From positions 46,300,150 to 46,364,149 of the forward strand of contig NC_092379.1 in the NCBI RefSeq assembly GCF_030028105.1: a DNA stretch of 64,000 nucleotides, written 5' to 3'. Positions 24,997 through 36,645 of this stretch are shown in pieces (the stretch's first letter is position 1; each line of letters begins with the position of its first letter). Both the position numbers and the translations under genes were made by a program. This DNA is from Mobula birostris (Eukaryota). Below the pieces are notes generated by a model. It searched no databases and was not told where the DNA came from. It saw nothing but the letters and a program-made list of their open reading frames with translations.

Positions 24997-26600
24997 GCCG
25001 AGACCCCAGTTCCTGCCCAGGAAGAGCTTGCCCTCCACGCCTTTCGAAAAGCGCTCAAGCCAGAGCGTCTTCGGCAGCATGTTCCCCTGACATCACCATC
25101 ATCACTGGCAGAGGCAAAAGGACGAAGAAACTTCAGTCCCCCAAGGCATTCTAGTGTCACCCGGCAAACCGCGAGGTTGGGCTTATGTCACCGAGGTGTA
25201 GGAGGAAACTGACGAAGAGGAGCCCGTGACACAGTTCCAACCAGCACCGCGCAGGCCCCATGGCGTGCCGCGGAGTGGTCTCTGCTATCGGTATGGCGAG
25301 GCAAGCCATATGGCCTGGGATTGCTCCGCAGCAGCGCCACGCCATAGCCCAGCGCAGCCAGCCGGCGCCGCTCGACACCTCCAGCAGAACTCTGCGGTTG
25401 TCGCCTCTCCGGGTGGGACGTTTGGGTGAAGAACAAGGCTTTTGCGTGGCCTGCGCAGTAGAGGGCATCAGAGGTCTTGCGTTGGTGGACAAGATATCAA
25501 TCCTCACCATTACCTATCTGGCTTTCCTCGCAACACGGCCCATCCACCCTGCCTGGGTCGACAACCACGCCGGTCCAGCGGCTACGGTTACTGACAACTG
25601 TGCGGCGCTGAGAGGGAAGAGGTGGCTGCGTATCGCAGTGGGGAAAACACAGTAGAATAGGAGGTGCGTATGGCTGACATCCGGGAGTCCTGCCTCATTG
25701 GCCTGGGCCTGCTGTCACGTTGGGGGGCGCGCGTGGTTGTACTGGGGGCAATGCTCTACTTCGGCGCCGACGCCGTGGTCCTCCGGCAGGACAGCTTCAG
25801 AAAGCGGACCCGACAGGATCAGCAGAAAGCACCACGGTCTCATCGCGACCCTCCACAGCGAGCAGGTGAGCGATCCTCTGCTGGTCCGAGTTAAGGGATT
25901 CTTGAGCGTGGGACAATGGCCGGAATGGGCAGAGGTCTCCGCCCTAGATCCAGAGATTAAAGCCCTATTCTCTCAGTGGGCACGCCGGAGTAGCGGGATG
26001 GGCTGCTGTTCTGGCGGAGGCCACGGTGTTACGGTCCGTGCACGGGCTGGTGGGGCAGGCCGTTTCGGGGTCGCAAAGACGTTGGGCAAGTTGCGCGAAC
26101 GCTTCTATTAGCCAGTGTACAGGCAGGACGTGGAACTGTTCGTTCACTACAAAGATGCTTGAACGTCCCAGAACGAGCCGGAGTCAGTCTAGGGCGCCAA
26201 TACAGCAGTACCAGGTGGAGGCCCCCGGTATGGGTCTACTACCGCAGCCGGAAGAAGAGACTATCCCCCAAGTTTGTAATCCATTAGAAGGGGCCGGCAG
26301 AGCTGTTCGACTGCATCTCCGATGTGGTATACCGAGAGCGGTTGCCTGAGTGGCCGAAGCCAGTCGTGCCGAACCGGGTCCGTCTGGCACTCGCTTGGGT
26401 CGTACAGTTATTTGCATGTGTGTTTGTGGGTCACAGTAACTGTAACCAGGGAATGTAATAATCACCTCCCCGTCTGCATGTGACTGAGTGGATTTCTCCC
26501 CGGGTCATAGCGCCCGGTGCTTGTCCCAGTAAACGCGGCTGTTGAATTAAACGAGCTTAACGAGCTTGTTTTCGTTTGTCATCATGGACCAAATGCTCGC
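24997..26600 (+). mobile_element. Second gypsy remnant (gag knuckle, protease, integrase pieces, LTR-like end)
   Basis: GLCYRYGEASHMAWDC knuckle; ALVDKISILT decayed protease; integrase-like pieces at about 26030-26400; TGTAACC-starting LTR-like segment at about 26440. Confidence 0.7.
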
Positions 26601-27723
26601 CACTATATATATGATCACTATCGTTGGAGGTTCTGGGACCGACAACATTAGTGACGTACTTGCAAGCAGAACCATCAATCAACTACTACACTCTGTCTTC
26701 GGTAGGTAACACAATCATGAATCCAAACGGCCAAGTCACCATGGATAGCATGCTTCTTAATCTTCTGTACGAGTCTCCCATGAGTGGCTTTCTCGCATAT
26801 CTCCCTAAAGCCGACGTAGACATATTCTATCTCTCTACCTTTACCAATCATCTCCATCACCTTCTTGAAACCTTCAATACTGATACTAAGAGATGACCTG
26901 CCTCGCACAAAGCTATACTGATGATCCTTAATTAAGCTATGCTTTCCCAAATGCTCATAAATTCTATTTCTAAGAATCCGCTACATCAGTTTCCCTACCT
27001 CTGACAATAAGATCCACCAATCTATTATTTCCAGATTAACGCCATTTCCATTCCAAATAAAGGAACACCATCCTCCCTCCACCTCCCCCCCCCCCCCCCC
27101 GCAACAGCTTCTTCCCTCAGGGAGTGAGAATAATGAATACCCTGCCAACGCCTATATATCGTCTCTAGGGCAGCGGACTGCTTACTGCACTGTTTACTAT
27201 CTATCGGCGCTCCGCATTACTACATACATTTTGAATTATAATTTACGAACTTATTTATAGTATACTTTGCCGTTTTATACGTGTGTGATATATGATGTGT
27301 GGATGCACCGTCGTCCGGAGGAACGTTGTTTCGTTTGGTTGTCTATATGTACACTCAAATGACAATAAACGAACTTCAGACTGAACTTGTACAAATATGT
27401 TGGTCATGGCGTCAGCCATCACCGTTCTCGCCTTTCTCTAGAATACTTCAATAGGCCCTGCAAACACTTCAAGACGAATGATTTTAAAGATATTCCTAAT
27501 CTCAAAATGTCCTGCCAAATTAGCATGCTCCACTCTGGTCTCACTACCCTCTAATTCTCTCCCCTCGGTAAAAACATATGCAAAGTACACCTTAGGACTG
27601 AACGCTCATAATCGCTCTCCAAAAGCATGCTTCCGCTTCCTACTTTATCCGTGAATGGTTCTGTCCTCTGCCGAGTTATCTTTGTTTATCGAAGTGGGTA
27701 TCCTACTTGCCAAAATATGGTCC

Positions 27724-27724
27724 C

Positions 27725-27770
<46 letters not shown>

Positions 27771-27817
27771 TCTCTCTCTCTCTTACACACTCACACACTC
27801 CCTCTCACTCTCTCACT
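27724..27817. repeat. (CT)n/(CA)n microsatellite
   Basis: Direct reading. Confidence 0.95.
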
Positions 27818-28739
27818 CTCCTAATTTTCTTATTGAGACTTTTCTTGCTTATTTATATTTTTTTCAGTATCACTGTTCGGTTTTATCTCCCTAAACCTTA
27901 AGCACGCTTTCTTTATCTTCTTGACTAAATTTGCCACGTCTGCCACCACCCACTCTTCCTTATAAGTTATAGATTCCATTAAAATTATGTATTTTATGCG
28001 TATCGGCTGCCCTCAGAAGTTGATCATTTATCATATTCATTGCCCATCTTCTTCTCCCTTTGACATCATTATGGAATATGGTTCGTAGTTTGCCACGTTG
28101 TTCGAATTTGACAAATCCCTTCACAATGAACAATCTGATAGGATCTTCGCCCCTAAGTCCATCTTCTTTCTGTCTTCTGATCAGAAATGACCGGATTACT
28201 ACCCTAAATTAGACAGATCTGTGTTTTTTTCATCTCAATGCTTTCTGTCTAGTCGAGTTCCTCCAGTATCTTGTGTGTTGCTTCATTGCTATCCACGCAC
28301 ATTGCATGCTAAGTCTCGAAACCACAATTAAAAATAAATTTCCGTTCAGATTTTGTTACTACGTCTGGGATCAGATTCATGTTGACAGCCAGTGGTGAAT
28401 AGAGGAAGCAAGGTAGGGAGACAGGGATGTATTCAGTTTGTCTGCATCATTAGGAATAATCTTTAGTTATTCGTGGTGATGAACTGAATTGGTTTCAGAG
28501 CATTTTCTGTGTCATAATGACCTTCAGACTTTTAACATATTTTTGCGAAGCTCTCTCCATATAACAAACCAAAGAGAAATATGTTCAGTACGACGGAAGG
28601 AAGCAATGAAGATCTTTCTCTAAATTTCTATCCATACATTCACGTTAATGCGTCATATATTTTACCGATGTAATTATGGGATATAATGCATATCATTTTC
28701 CAAGCTATAATCGTAGTGAATGTGCAGTCATTCTGCATC

Positions 28740-28773
28740 ATGCAAATGAGGCCAACCTCTCGAGGCTTATAAA
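28740..28773 (+). promoter_or_regulatory. IgNAR: IgNAR V promoter: octamer ATGCAAAT (28740-28747) and TATA box (28768-28773)
   Basis: Exact octamer followed 20 nt later by TATAAA, about 90 nt before the leader ATG. Confidence 0.8.
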
Positions 28774-28863
28774 GTCTTTGCTCCTCCATAAGTTTGCACA
28801 GACAACCTGCGCTGATGTCTGGAACCTTCTCTGTCTAGCAGGCTTTCAGTTCGTGAAGGAACG

Positions 28864-28906
28864 ATGAATATTTTATGTGTTTCGATATTTTTAACCTGGC
28901 TGCCAA
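28864..28906 (+). CDS. IgNAR: IgNAR leader exon (MNILCVSIFLTWLP + phase-1 A)
   Basis: ATG at 28864, GTAAGT donor at 28907; resembles IgNAR signal peptides of the MNIFLLSVLLAWLPN type. Confidence 0.92.
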
Positions 28907-29034
28907 GTAAGTGCAGTTCGGTTTTAAAGAGAATAATGGTTACTATATTGCTGTTGCTTCCACAAATTTCATTTTATGTTAAATCTTGTGCTGCTTCAGA
29001 TATGCGATGACTAAATATGTTTTCCTTCCTTCAG

Positions 29035-29306
29035 ATGCCTTCAGTGTATCGGTAGAACAGACACCAAGAGAAGCAATAAAACAACCAGGCGAAACTCTGA
29101 CCATCAACTGTGTTTTAAAAGATGGTAACTGTAACCTGCGTAGCACATCGTGGTTCATCCAAAGACCGAGTCAATCGGGTTGGGATAGGCTGTCTATTGG
29201 AGGACGATATGCGGAATCAGTCAACAACACAACAAAGTCCTTTTCCCTACGGATCAGCAACCTAATTGTTGAAGACACGGCCACGTATTTCTGTAATGCT
29301 CAAGAC
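29035..29306 (+). CDS. IgNAR: VNAR segment, type II-like with CDR1 Cys
   Basis: Acceptor TTCCTTCCTTCAG. Translation (N)AFSVSVEQTPREAIKQPGETLTINCVLKDGNCNLRSTSWFIQRPSQSGWDRLSIGGRYAESVNNTTKSFSLRISNLIVEDTATYFCNAQD. Canonical Cys, Trp and Cys present; CDR2 region deleted as in VNARs. Confidence 0.96.
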
Positions 29307-29344
29307 CACAGTAACGAAGCTGAGCACACGCCAATTCAAAAAGT
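29307..29344 (+). other. V 3' RSS: CACAGTA - 22 nt - TCAAAAAGT
   Basis: Heptamer 29307-29313 immediately follows the V coding end; nonamer 29336-29344. Confidence 0.9.
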
Positions 29345-29539
29345 TTGAAAATCTTTCACGCGAGAATCTCTGACTGCTTCGTTCTTATGGAAAAGAAAAT
29401 TACTGAGCAGCAGTTGATTCCGCTATAGAGCGAACGTACATTAGTACTAAGTTGGCGACAGTCACAATGCCGCTTATGTCCAAGTGGACACAGCTGAAGG
29501 TGCAGCGTCAGTATTCTCCCAGAGTTATGTAAATGGAGA

Positions 29540-29616
29540 CTTTATTGCTATTGATTCAACCACTGTGCCAAGGAACAAGCGACAGTGCCACAGTAGTCTA
29601 AGCCATAGCACAAACC
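29540..29616 (+). other. IgNAR: D segment 29568-29588 (CCAAGGAACAAGCGACAGTGC) with 12/12 RSSs
   Basis: 5' RSS CTTTATTGC-12-CACTGTG (heptamer 29561-29567); 3' RSS CACAGTA-12-GCACAAACC (29589-29616). Confidence 0.9.
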
Positions 29617-29918
29617 TCCGAGACAGTTTTATTTTTTAAGCTCATCTATTTGTAAAAAGGATTACAAAATATGCCTTTACGTGCATGGATGTTACTCAAC
29701 ATAGCTTTTCAAACGATTTCACTTCTCCTTTATGTTGAATTCTACTTACAGTCCCTGGTACTCAAACAGCGAAATGCCAGTTTTATTATCATATGCGCTT
29801 ACAGCGCACTGAATAAATACAAGGGCGGGTGAAACTGAAGGAAATGGAATATATTGGTCAGCCCTTCGTTCCTGTATTATTGTGGAAAGCCTCCGCCTAT
29901 CTTTCGGTTTTAATGATT

Positions 29919-29957
29919 ACTTTCTGAATTGAGCTGAAAAGCAACTTAATCAATGTG
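29919..29957 (+). other. J 5' RSS: ACTTTCTGA - 23 nt - CAATGTG
   Basis: Nonamer 29919-29927 (reverse complement TCAGAAAGT); heptamer 29951-29957. Confidence 0.85.
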
Positions 29958-30003
29958 TGCAAATACCATAACGGAACTGGTACAAAGCTGACTGTGAAAC
30001 CTG
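29958..30003 (+). CDS. IgNAR: J segment (CKYHNGTGTKLTVKP + phase-1 G)
   Basis: GxGT-x-LTV motif; GTAAGT donor at 30004. Confidence 0.93.
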
Positions 30004-32519
30004 GTAAGTGATATCTTTTATTACATTTTGAGCAAGCACGTACTTTTCCCCGAGGTCAAGTATAATTATATTCTCGTTTAAATGATGCAATCTGAAAAGG
30101 GCAGTATGATTTTATTTTATTTTTTTTGGAGTATAAGCATTTCACTGAGACACCCCAGAAGAATTTAAGTATACGTCATTCTCCTCCCAAGATAATACCT
30201 TCGCTCGTTTTAAAAAACGAACGTTGGAGTATTTTTTACAAATTGAAGCGCACAAATTACCCTCGACCTGCTACGCCCCACCCACGTCCGACGGTTACTT
30301 TAAAGTATTACCTGCTGTATTGATGTAAGTGCCATGTCCTCATATCTTGGCATATTTGAGTGTGGATTTACTCTCCAATGGTTGCAGACCCATGCAGAAA
30401 AGAACTTTGAAGATGAAATAGGTTTCAGTACAGAAGGGATCGATAGCTTAATAACCTGATACTTTGAGGGGGTTGTTAGAACATATGCTTATTGCAAAAA
30501 CAACTTGCCATTTAGCTGCAATGGAAGAAAGAAATGTCTTCTATTTAGAAACACATACCATTCTCTAACAAATCCATACATTTAGAAGACCAGGTTGAAA
30601 CAAATTTTATGTTGTCAGAATCGTTGGACTTATATAACTTTAGTTATAATTTGGTGTCAATGGTGAGAGTGTTCAGGGAGGGCAGAAGTAGGCTAAAGGT
30701 CTGTGCGCAAGGCCGGAAAAGATACTGAATGAATGCCAACATAATCAATATCGTCTTTGAAAGCGGAGCACAATAATATTAAGTCTGTACCATCTCGCTG
30801 AATGCTTTAGTCAATTGCCACGGCGCTATATTTAATTAAATGCTACACTCCAGATCTTAATGAATGACATTCCATATGTAGATTATAAAGGTTTACAGTG
30901 TTAATCAGACTGTTTTGTGGTACAAAAGATAAAACTGTCATCATTGAAGCAGTCTGCTGAAATATAGGTTGCAATGGAAACATTGCTGCGAAACGGGTTT
31001 TAATTTTCATCAGTCAATTGAATGATAGCGTCTACAAGTAGATCCTTCCCAAAGCAAACTCAAATGTAAGCAAACCTCTGACACTATTATGAGACCGACA
31101 AATGTCAGGGAAGTAATTTGCAAAAATATCCATCATTCGTCCAATTTACTTGACCTTATTGCTATTTGTTTGCTTCAACTTTCTTAGTTTTAAACATGCT
31201 GTAAAGATCCTTTGTCCGAGTTTAGTCGTGTTTAAAAGTCCTCTGAATCTCGTTGTTTATGGAGTTTTGTGGGAACCCGGTACAATTCCACTTGTGTTTT
31301 TGTTTTGTTAAATAAGCAAGTAAACAACATCGCCTTTTTTCGTATATAGCGCTGTGGTGTATTACTCCGTCTACCCGGCTAATTTTCACCCAAATTAATG
31401 TAGACCTCCCCTTGCGTTTTGATGCTTTTGGGAAAGGAATTTCTCAGACGTCAAGCACAGTCCATTCCATGCACTTAACTGAGAAACTGAGAAGGAATCG
31501 ACATTTGAGAAGAGTACCAGAGGGTGAATTTATTAAATATTTAGAAACACCATCAACACCCTTTCTATTTTATTATGCTACCTGCAATCGAAGGGAAGCT
31601 GTCTGATACCAGCACCTCTTCTTCAGTCCAATAAAATGTATTGGACTACTCTTTCACTTCATGGTCGTCAGTCTTATTATAAGCTCTATATCTCCCCTCC
31701 TTCTGTAATATGCGATGACCGTTTTCTTTGTATGTCCGAAACGATCTCTGCTTTAAAAATTATGCCAATTTTCTCATTCTGCATTCGAATAATTTCAACA
31801 TTTGCAATACCCTGTGAAAGAAATTAAATATTTCCCTAATCTCTATCCTAAAGGGGAAATCCCATATTTATGTTCCATTTCACTCCCACATCCGAAAGAC
31901 ATGCTGTTGGTTAGCTAACTGGCAAATTAGTATTGTCTACAGTGCTTAGAACAATGATAGAATTTGATGCAATTGATGTGGTTGTGGGGGCGAATAAACT
32001 AAAATGGATTAACGTAGAATTATTGCAACTCACTTATGTAACCCTAGCCTAATCATAGGACGATTTACTAACCATTCTGACTTTGGACGATAGAATTAAA
32101 TGACAGTACCTGGGAAACCCACACGGTCATGGGGAGAACAAGCAAGCTCCTTAGAGACGGCGTCAGAATTGAACTTTGTACACTGACACTTCGAGCTGTG
32201 ATAGTGTTGCGCTAACGGCAACGCTTTTGTGTGTCTTGCACTTCTCCATAACTCTTTCTAAATATCCATATTCCCTTAGTCCATATCTCGGAGACTAATT
32301 TTAAATATTCGGGACCCAAGTACCCATCCCTGTGATTCTAGTGAGCAGTTAGCATTGTCCTATTACAATGTCAGCCATATTCCAAAGATGTCTGCTATGG
32401 TTTAGTGAATGTGGGCATGCGCTGGAAACGTAGCGACAATTACGGGCAGTCCAGCACCTTCCTGACTAAATGGATTTAACGCAAACTACTCATTTCACGA
32501 GTTTGCATCAGTTTCACTC

Positions 32520-33600
32520 CATAAGGCCATAAGACAATAAGAGACAGGAACAGAATTAGGCCATTTGGCCCATCGCGTCTGCACCTCCATTTCATCATGA
32601 CCGATCCAATTTTCGCCTCCTACCCAATCTCATGCCTTCTCCCCGTACCTCTTCGTGTCCTCGCCAATCTAGAATCTATCAACCTCAGCTTTAAATATAC
32701 ATAAAGACCTGGTTTCCACAACTTCATGTGGCAAAGAATTCCACAGATTCACCACTCTTTGGCTAAATAAATTCCTCCTGATATCCGTTCTAAAAGAGCG
32801 CCTGTCTATTCTGAGGTTGTTTCCTCTGGTCTTAGACTCTCCCACTATAGGAAACATGCTCCCCATGTCCACACTATCGATAGGTTTCAATGAGATCACG
32901 CCTCATTCTTCTGAATTCCAGCGAATACAGGCCCAGAGCCATTAAACACTCTTCATATGACAAGCCAATCAATCCTAGAATCATCTTCGTGAACCTCCTA
33001 TGAACCTTCTCCAGTTTCAACGCCTCCTTTCGAAGATAAGGGGCCCAAAACTGCTCACAATACCCCATCTGAGGCCTCACCAGTGTTTTATAATGCTTCA
33101 GCATTCCCTTCTTGCTTTTATATGCTAGTCATCTTGAAATGGATGCTAACATCGCATTTCCTTCCTCACCATAGATTCAACCTGTAAATTACCCTTTAGG
33201 GAATCCTGCACAGGCACTGCCAAGCCACTTTGCGGCACAGTTTTTTTTTTTTTGCATTTCCTCCCCGTTTAGAAAATAGTTAACTCTTTCATTTCTTCCA
33301 CCAAGGTGTTTGACCATGCATTTCTTGACAATGTATTTCAACTGCCATTTCTTTGCCTGCCGATTGTCCTAATCTGTCTAGGGCCCCTCTATTTCCTCAA
33401 AACTAGCCGCCCTCCACCTATCTTCGTATCATCTGCAAACGTTTCAACAATATTATCAATTACATCATTCAAATCATTGACATATAACGTAAAAAGAATC
33501 GATCAGATCCCGGTGGAACACCACTGGTCACCTGCAGCCAGACAGAAAAGGCTCGCTTTGTTTCCTGCAAAGCAGCTACTGCTTTATCCATGCTAGAATC
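32520..33600 (-). mobile_element. CR1-clade LINE 3' fragments in the J-C1 intron
   Basis: Minus ORFs 32874-33104 and 32669-32899 match the CR1 ORF2 C-terminus (YKTLVRP...WAPYLRK; RVVNLWNSLP) plus the 3' UTR. Confidence 0.85.
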
Positions 33601-33959
33601 TTCCTGTAATTCCATGGGCTCGTAGCATGTTTAGCTGCCTCATCAAAGGCCTTCTGAAAATCCAAGTACACAACATCAATCAGCAATCGAACCGGGCACT
33701 GCAAATTGTCTCTCATAGTGTAAAAATAGATCATTAATTGGTAGGGTGGACTCGGAAAATTAAAGTGGCATTATGATCAATGTTATCTGTTGCCAGCTCT
33801 ATCTCAGTAGATACACTGTCAACCGGGCATTGTTGATTCCCACATTCAGTGCACTTCAACAATCATCTACAGCAACTTGCAGTTTGAGAAAAATGGAAAC
33901 TTGCTGAAGTTGCAAAATAACTTTTGTCCCGTTCAGGTAAACCTAGTCGAAAATTGTGG

Positions 33960-34930
33960 AGTCTGTAAAATACTATATTTTGTAATATGGACAGACTGGT
34001 GACGTTTCAGATACGATTACCATTTAGCAAGCCTACCTTACTCATGCTTTTTCTGCGACTAATACATATCATAATCGTCAAATTGCAAAGTACATATACG
34101 TCATCATACACAAACCAGAAATTAATTTTCTTGCGGGCATTCACAGAAGATACCATGAAACACAATAGAATCAATGAAAACACGCACACATTAAGGCGGA
34201 CAACGAAAGGGCAAGAGGGAAACTGTGCAAATCAAACAGAAAAAAAGAAACAAATAATATAACTAAACAATAAATATCCTCACCATGAGATGATTCTTTT
34301 TTAAACTGAGCCCACAGGTTGTGAGAACAGTTCAATGTCAGGGGGAATGAAGTTGAGTGAAGGTAGTCCTTCTCGTTAAAGAACCTGATGTTGAAGGGGT
34401 AACATTTGTTTTCGAACCAATTAGTTTGGGTACCTAGGCTACTGTACCTCCCTCCTGATGGCGGCAGCCAGAAGAGAGCGTGGCCTGGACCCTGAGGGTC
34501 CTTGAAAATAAATGCTCCATTCCTGCGACAGCGCTGCGTATAGATGCGCTTAATAGCGGGGAAGGTTGTATTCGTCATGAACTGTGCTGTATCCACGACC
34601 ACTTTTTTGTAGGCTGTCCGTTCAAGGCCATTGATATTTCCATACCAGACCGTAATGCAATCAGTCAGTATACTCTCCACCGAACATCTACTTAAGTGTG
34701 TCAAAGTTTTCGATGACATGCCGGATCTTTTCAAAATTGTAAGAGAGTAGTGCTTTCTTTCTAAGGGCACTTACCAGTTGGACTCTGGATAGATCCTCTG
34801 AAATGATAACGCATAGGAATTTGAAGTTGCTAACTCTCTCCACCTCTGACCCCTAGATGAGGACCTGCAGATGGACCCGCGGTTTTCTCCTCCCGTAGTC
34901 AATAATCAACTCCTTGGTCTTGCTGAATTT
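33960..34930 (-). mobile_element. Rex1/Babar-type LINE 3' fragment
   Basis: ORF 34171-34770: VESILTDCITVWYG...LPPSGGRYSSL. Confidence 0.75.
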
Positions 34931-35284
34931 GAGTGAGAGATGTTATTCTGACAGCTAGATTTTCAATCTCTCTCCTCTAATTAAGTCGTACGGCCAACGA
35001 CAGCTTTGATACGACGAAGAGTAATCAGGCGAAATTTCAAAGTACCATTCAAGGTATAAAAAACAAATCACTGTAAGCTGTGATACCATTATGCTGAAGG
35101 AAATATCTCAGCTTCAGTTATCCCTTCAGCCGAAAGGTCTTAGAAGAGCTAACGTAGCTCTTGACATGTAGAGATTCCTATGATGCAAGGAATATTGTAG
35201 TTGTCTTATGCCTTACAAGTTGTCAGAAGAACAACGTAAAATTGATCCAATCAATTCAAAGACTTCTGTTTTTGTTAATTTTAG

Positions 35285-35605
35285 CAAAACAACCGACTCC
35301 GCCAAACATCAATCTTGTCTATTCTGCAACTGCCGAACAAAAAGCACAGGGTTTTGTGCAATTGATTTGTCTCATGAGCGAATACCTACCTGAAAACATC
35401 GCAGTGACCTGGCAGAAAAACGGACAAGCCGTACAGTCCGGCTTTACCACCACTTCTTCCACTGAAAGTTCAAGCGAAACGTTTACTTCAGCAAGTGTGC
35501 TCAAAGTGCCTGTGAACGAATGGGCCAGTGGTGCTGTGTACTCGTGCCAAGTATCCCACTCTGCAACCAGCAGCAACATCCGCAAAGAAATACGAGCTCA
35601 GTCAG
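35285..35605 (+). CDS. IgNAR: IgNAR C1 exon (intact)
   Basis: AKQPTPPNINLVYSATAEQKAQGFVQLICLMSEYLPENIAVTWQK...YSCQVSHSATSSNIRKEIRAQS closely matches shark IgNAR C1. AG/GT sites, phase 1. Confidence 0.96.
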
Positions 35606-36645
35606 GTAAGAAGCAGTTCCCAATCCATAGGTGCAGTATTTCCACTTTCGTCCTCAGTATTTCATTTGGTGGGCTGTAATCATCTACAGACAAGATTTTA
35701 AAATAACCAGGCTACTAAAGATTAAGATGAGTGCCAGTGTCAAGTTCGGGTAAGGGACAGATAGGAGTGTGATTCGGAATGTTTAGGCAGCAAACATTAA
35801 ATATCAGAGGTAAGAATTACGAGGAAATATTGCGAAGTGTAGTCAGAAGACGTCATGGCGCTTCAGTGAATATTGATTTCTGATCATGTTAATGCATCGA
35901 ATAGAATTTGTATATCTGAAATGATTCTAAGGAATCCGGACATCTTAAAAGATAAGCACAGGAAAGCAGCGGTAAAACAAAAATCTTCCGTGATCTTCTT
36001 TAACTTTCAAATTTAACAGCTCATTAATTTTTACTGTTGTGTTATATTTGTAGCTGGTATCAGCATGCAATAGTGAAAGTTTTGGAAAATAAATAAATGA
36101 AAGGAAGAAAGTAGTCGAGGCAGCCACTCGACTTATCAGACAGTTAAACCTTGTGCTAAACTGGTCCTTCATTCTTGCATAAATAGATCGAACAATGCAT
36201 ATGTATTTAGCACTTCTTTCCATCGAACATTCACTTCCATCTTCTAGCTACCTGTGTTCTGTCCTCTCTCAGCCAATCTCTCTGTCTCGCTGCATCCCAT
36301 TGACCGTTCTGCAACAAGCCACTACCCCTTCCCCACGCCAGTGTTTTATCACTGTCGTACTTTCCGGGGATGTCCGGCTGTATCTCTCCCTCCATCCTTC
36401 GCCACACTTGTCTATGAATGACGATACGTTATTCATTTTCAACCATTTTCTTTTCTTTTCAGTATAGAAGAGTAGCGTGTGGTCATGATCTAACTCAAGG
36501 GTTCACGAAAAGACGACTTAAGCATGATTTAAAATTAACAATTTCCACCTTAAGCTTTTAACTTGTAGCAGGTTATTAATAAATGGAAATCCCTGCTAAA
36601 CTTCAGATTCGTCACGAGTCCTTTCAATGACTGTACGTCTTCTAG

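Noticed and set aside
30010-35284. Search for an intronic enhancer or switch-like repeat in the J-C1 intron
   Set aside because: No octamer, E-box cluster or tandem repeat array seen; much of the intron is LINE debris.
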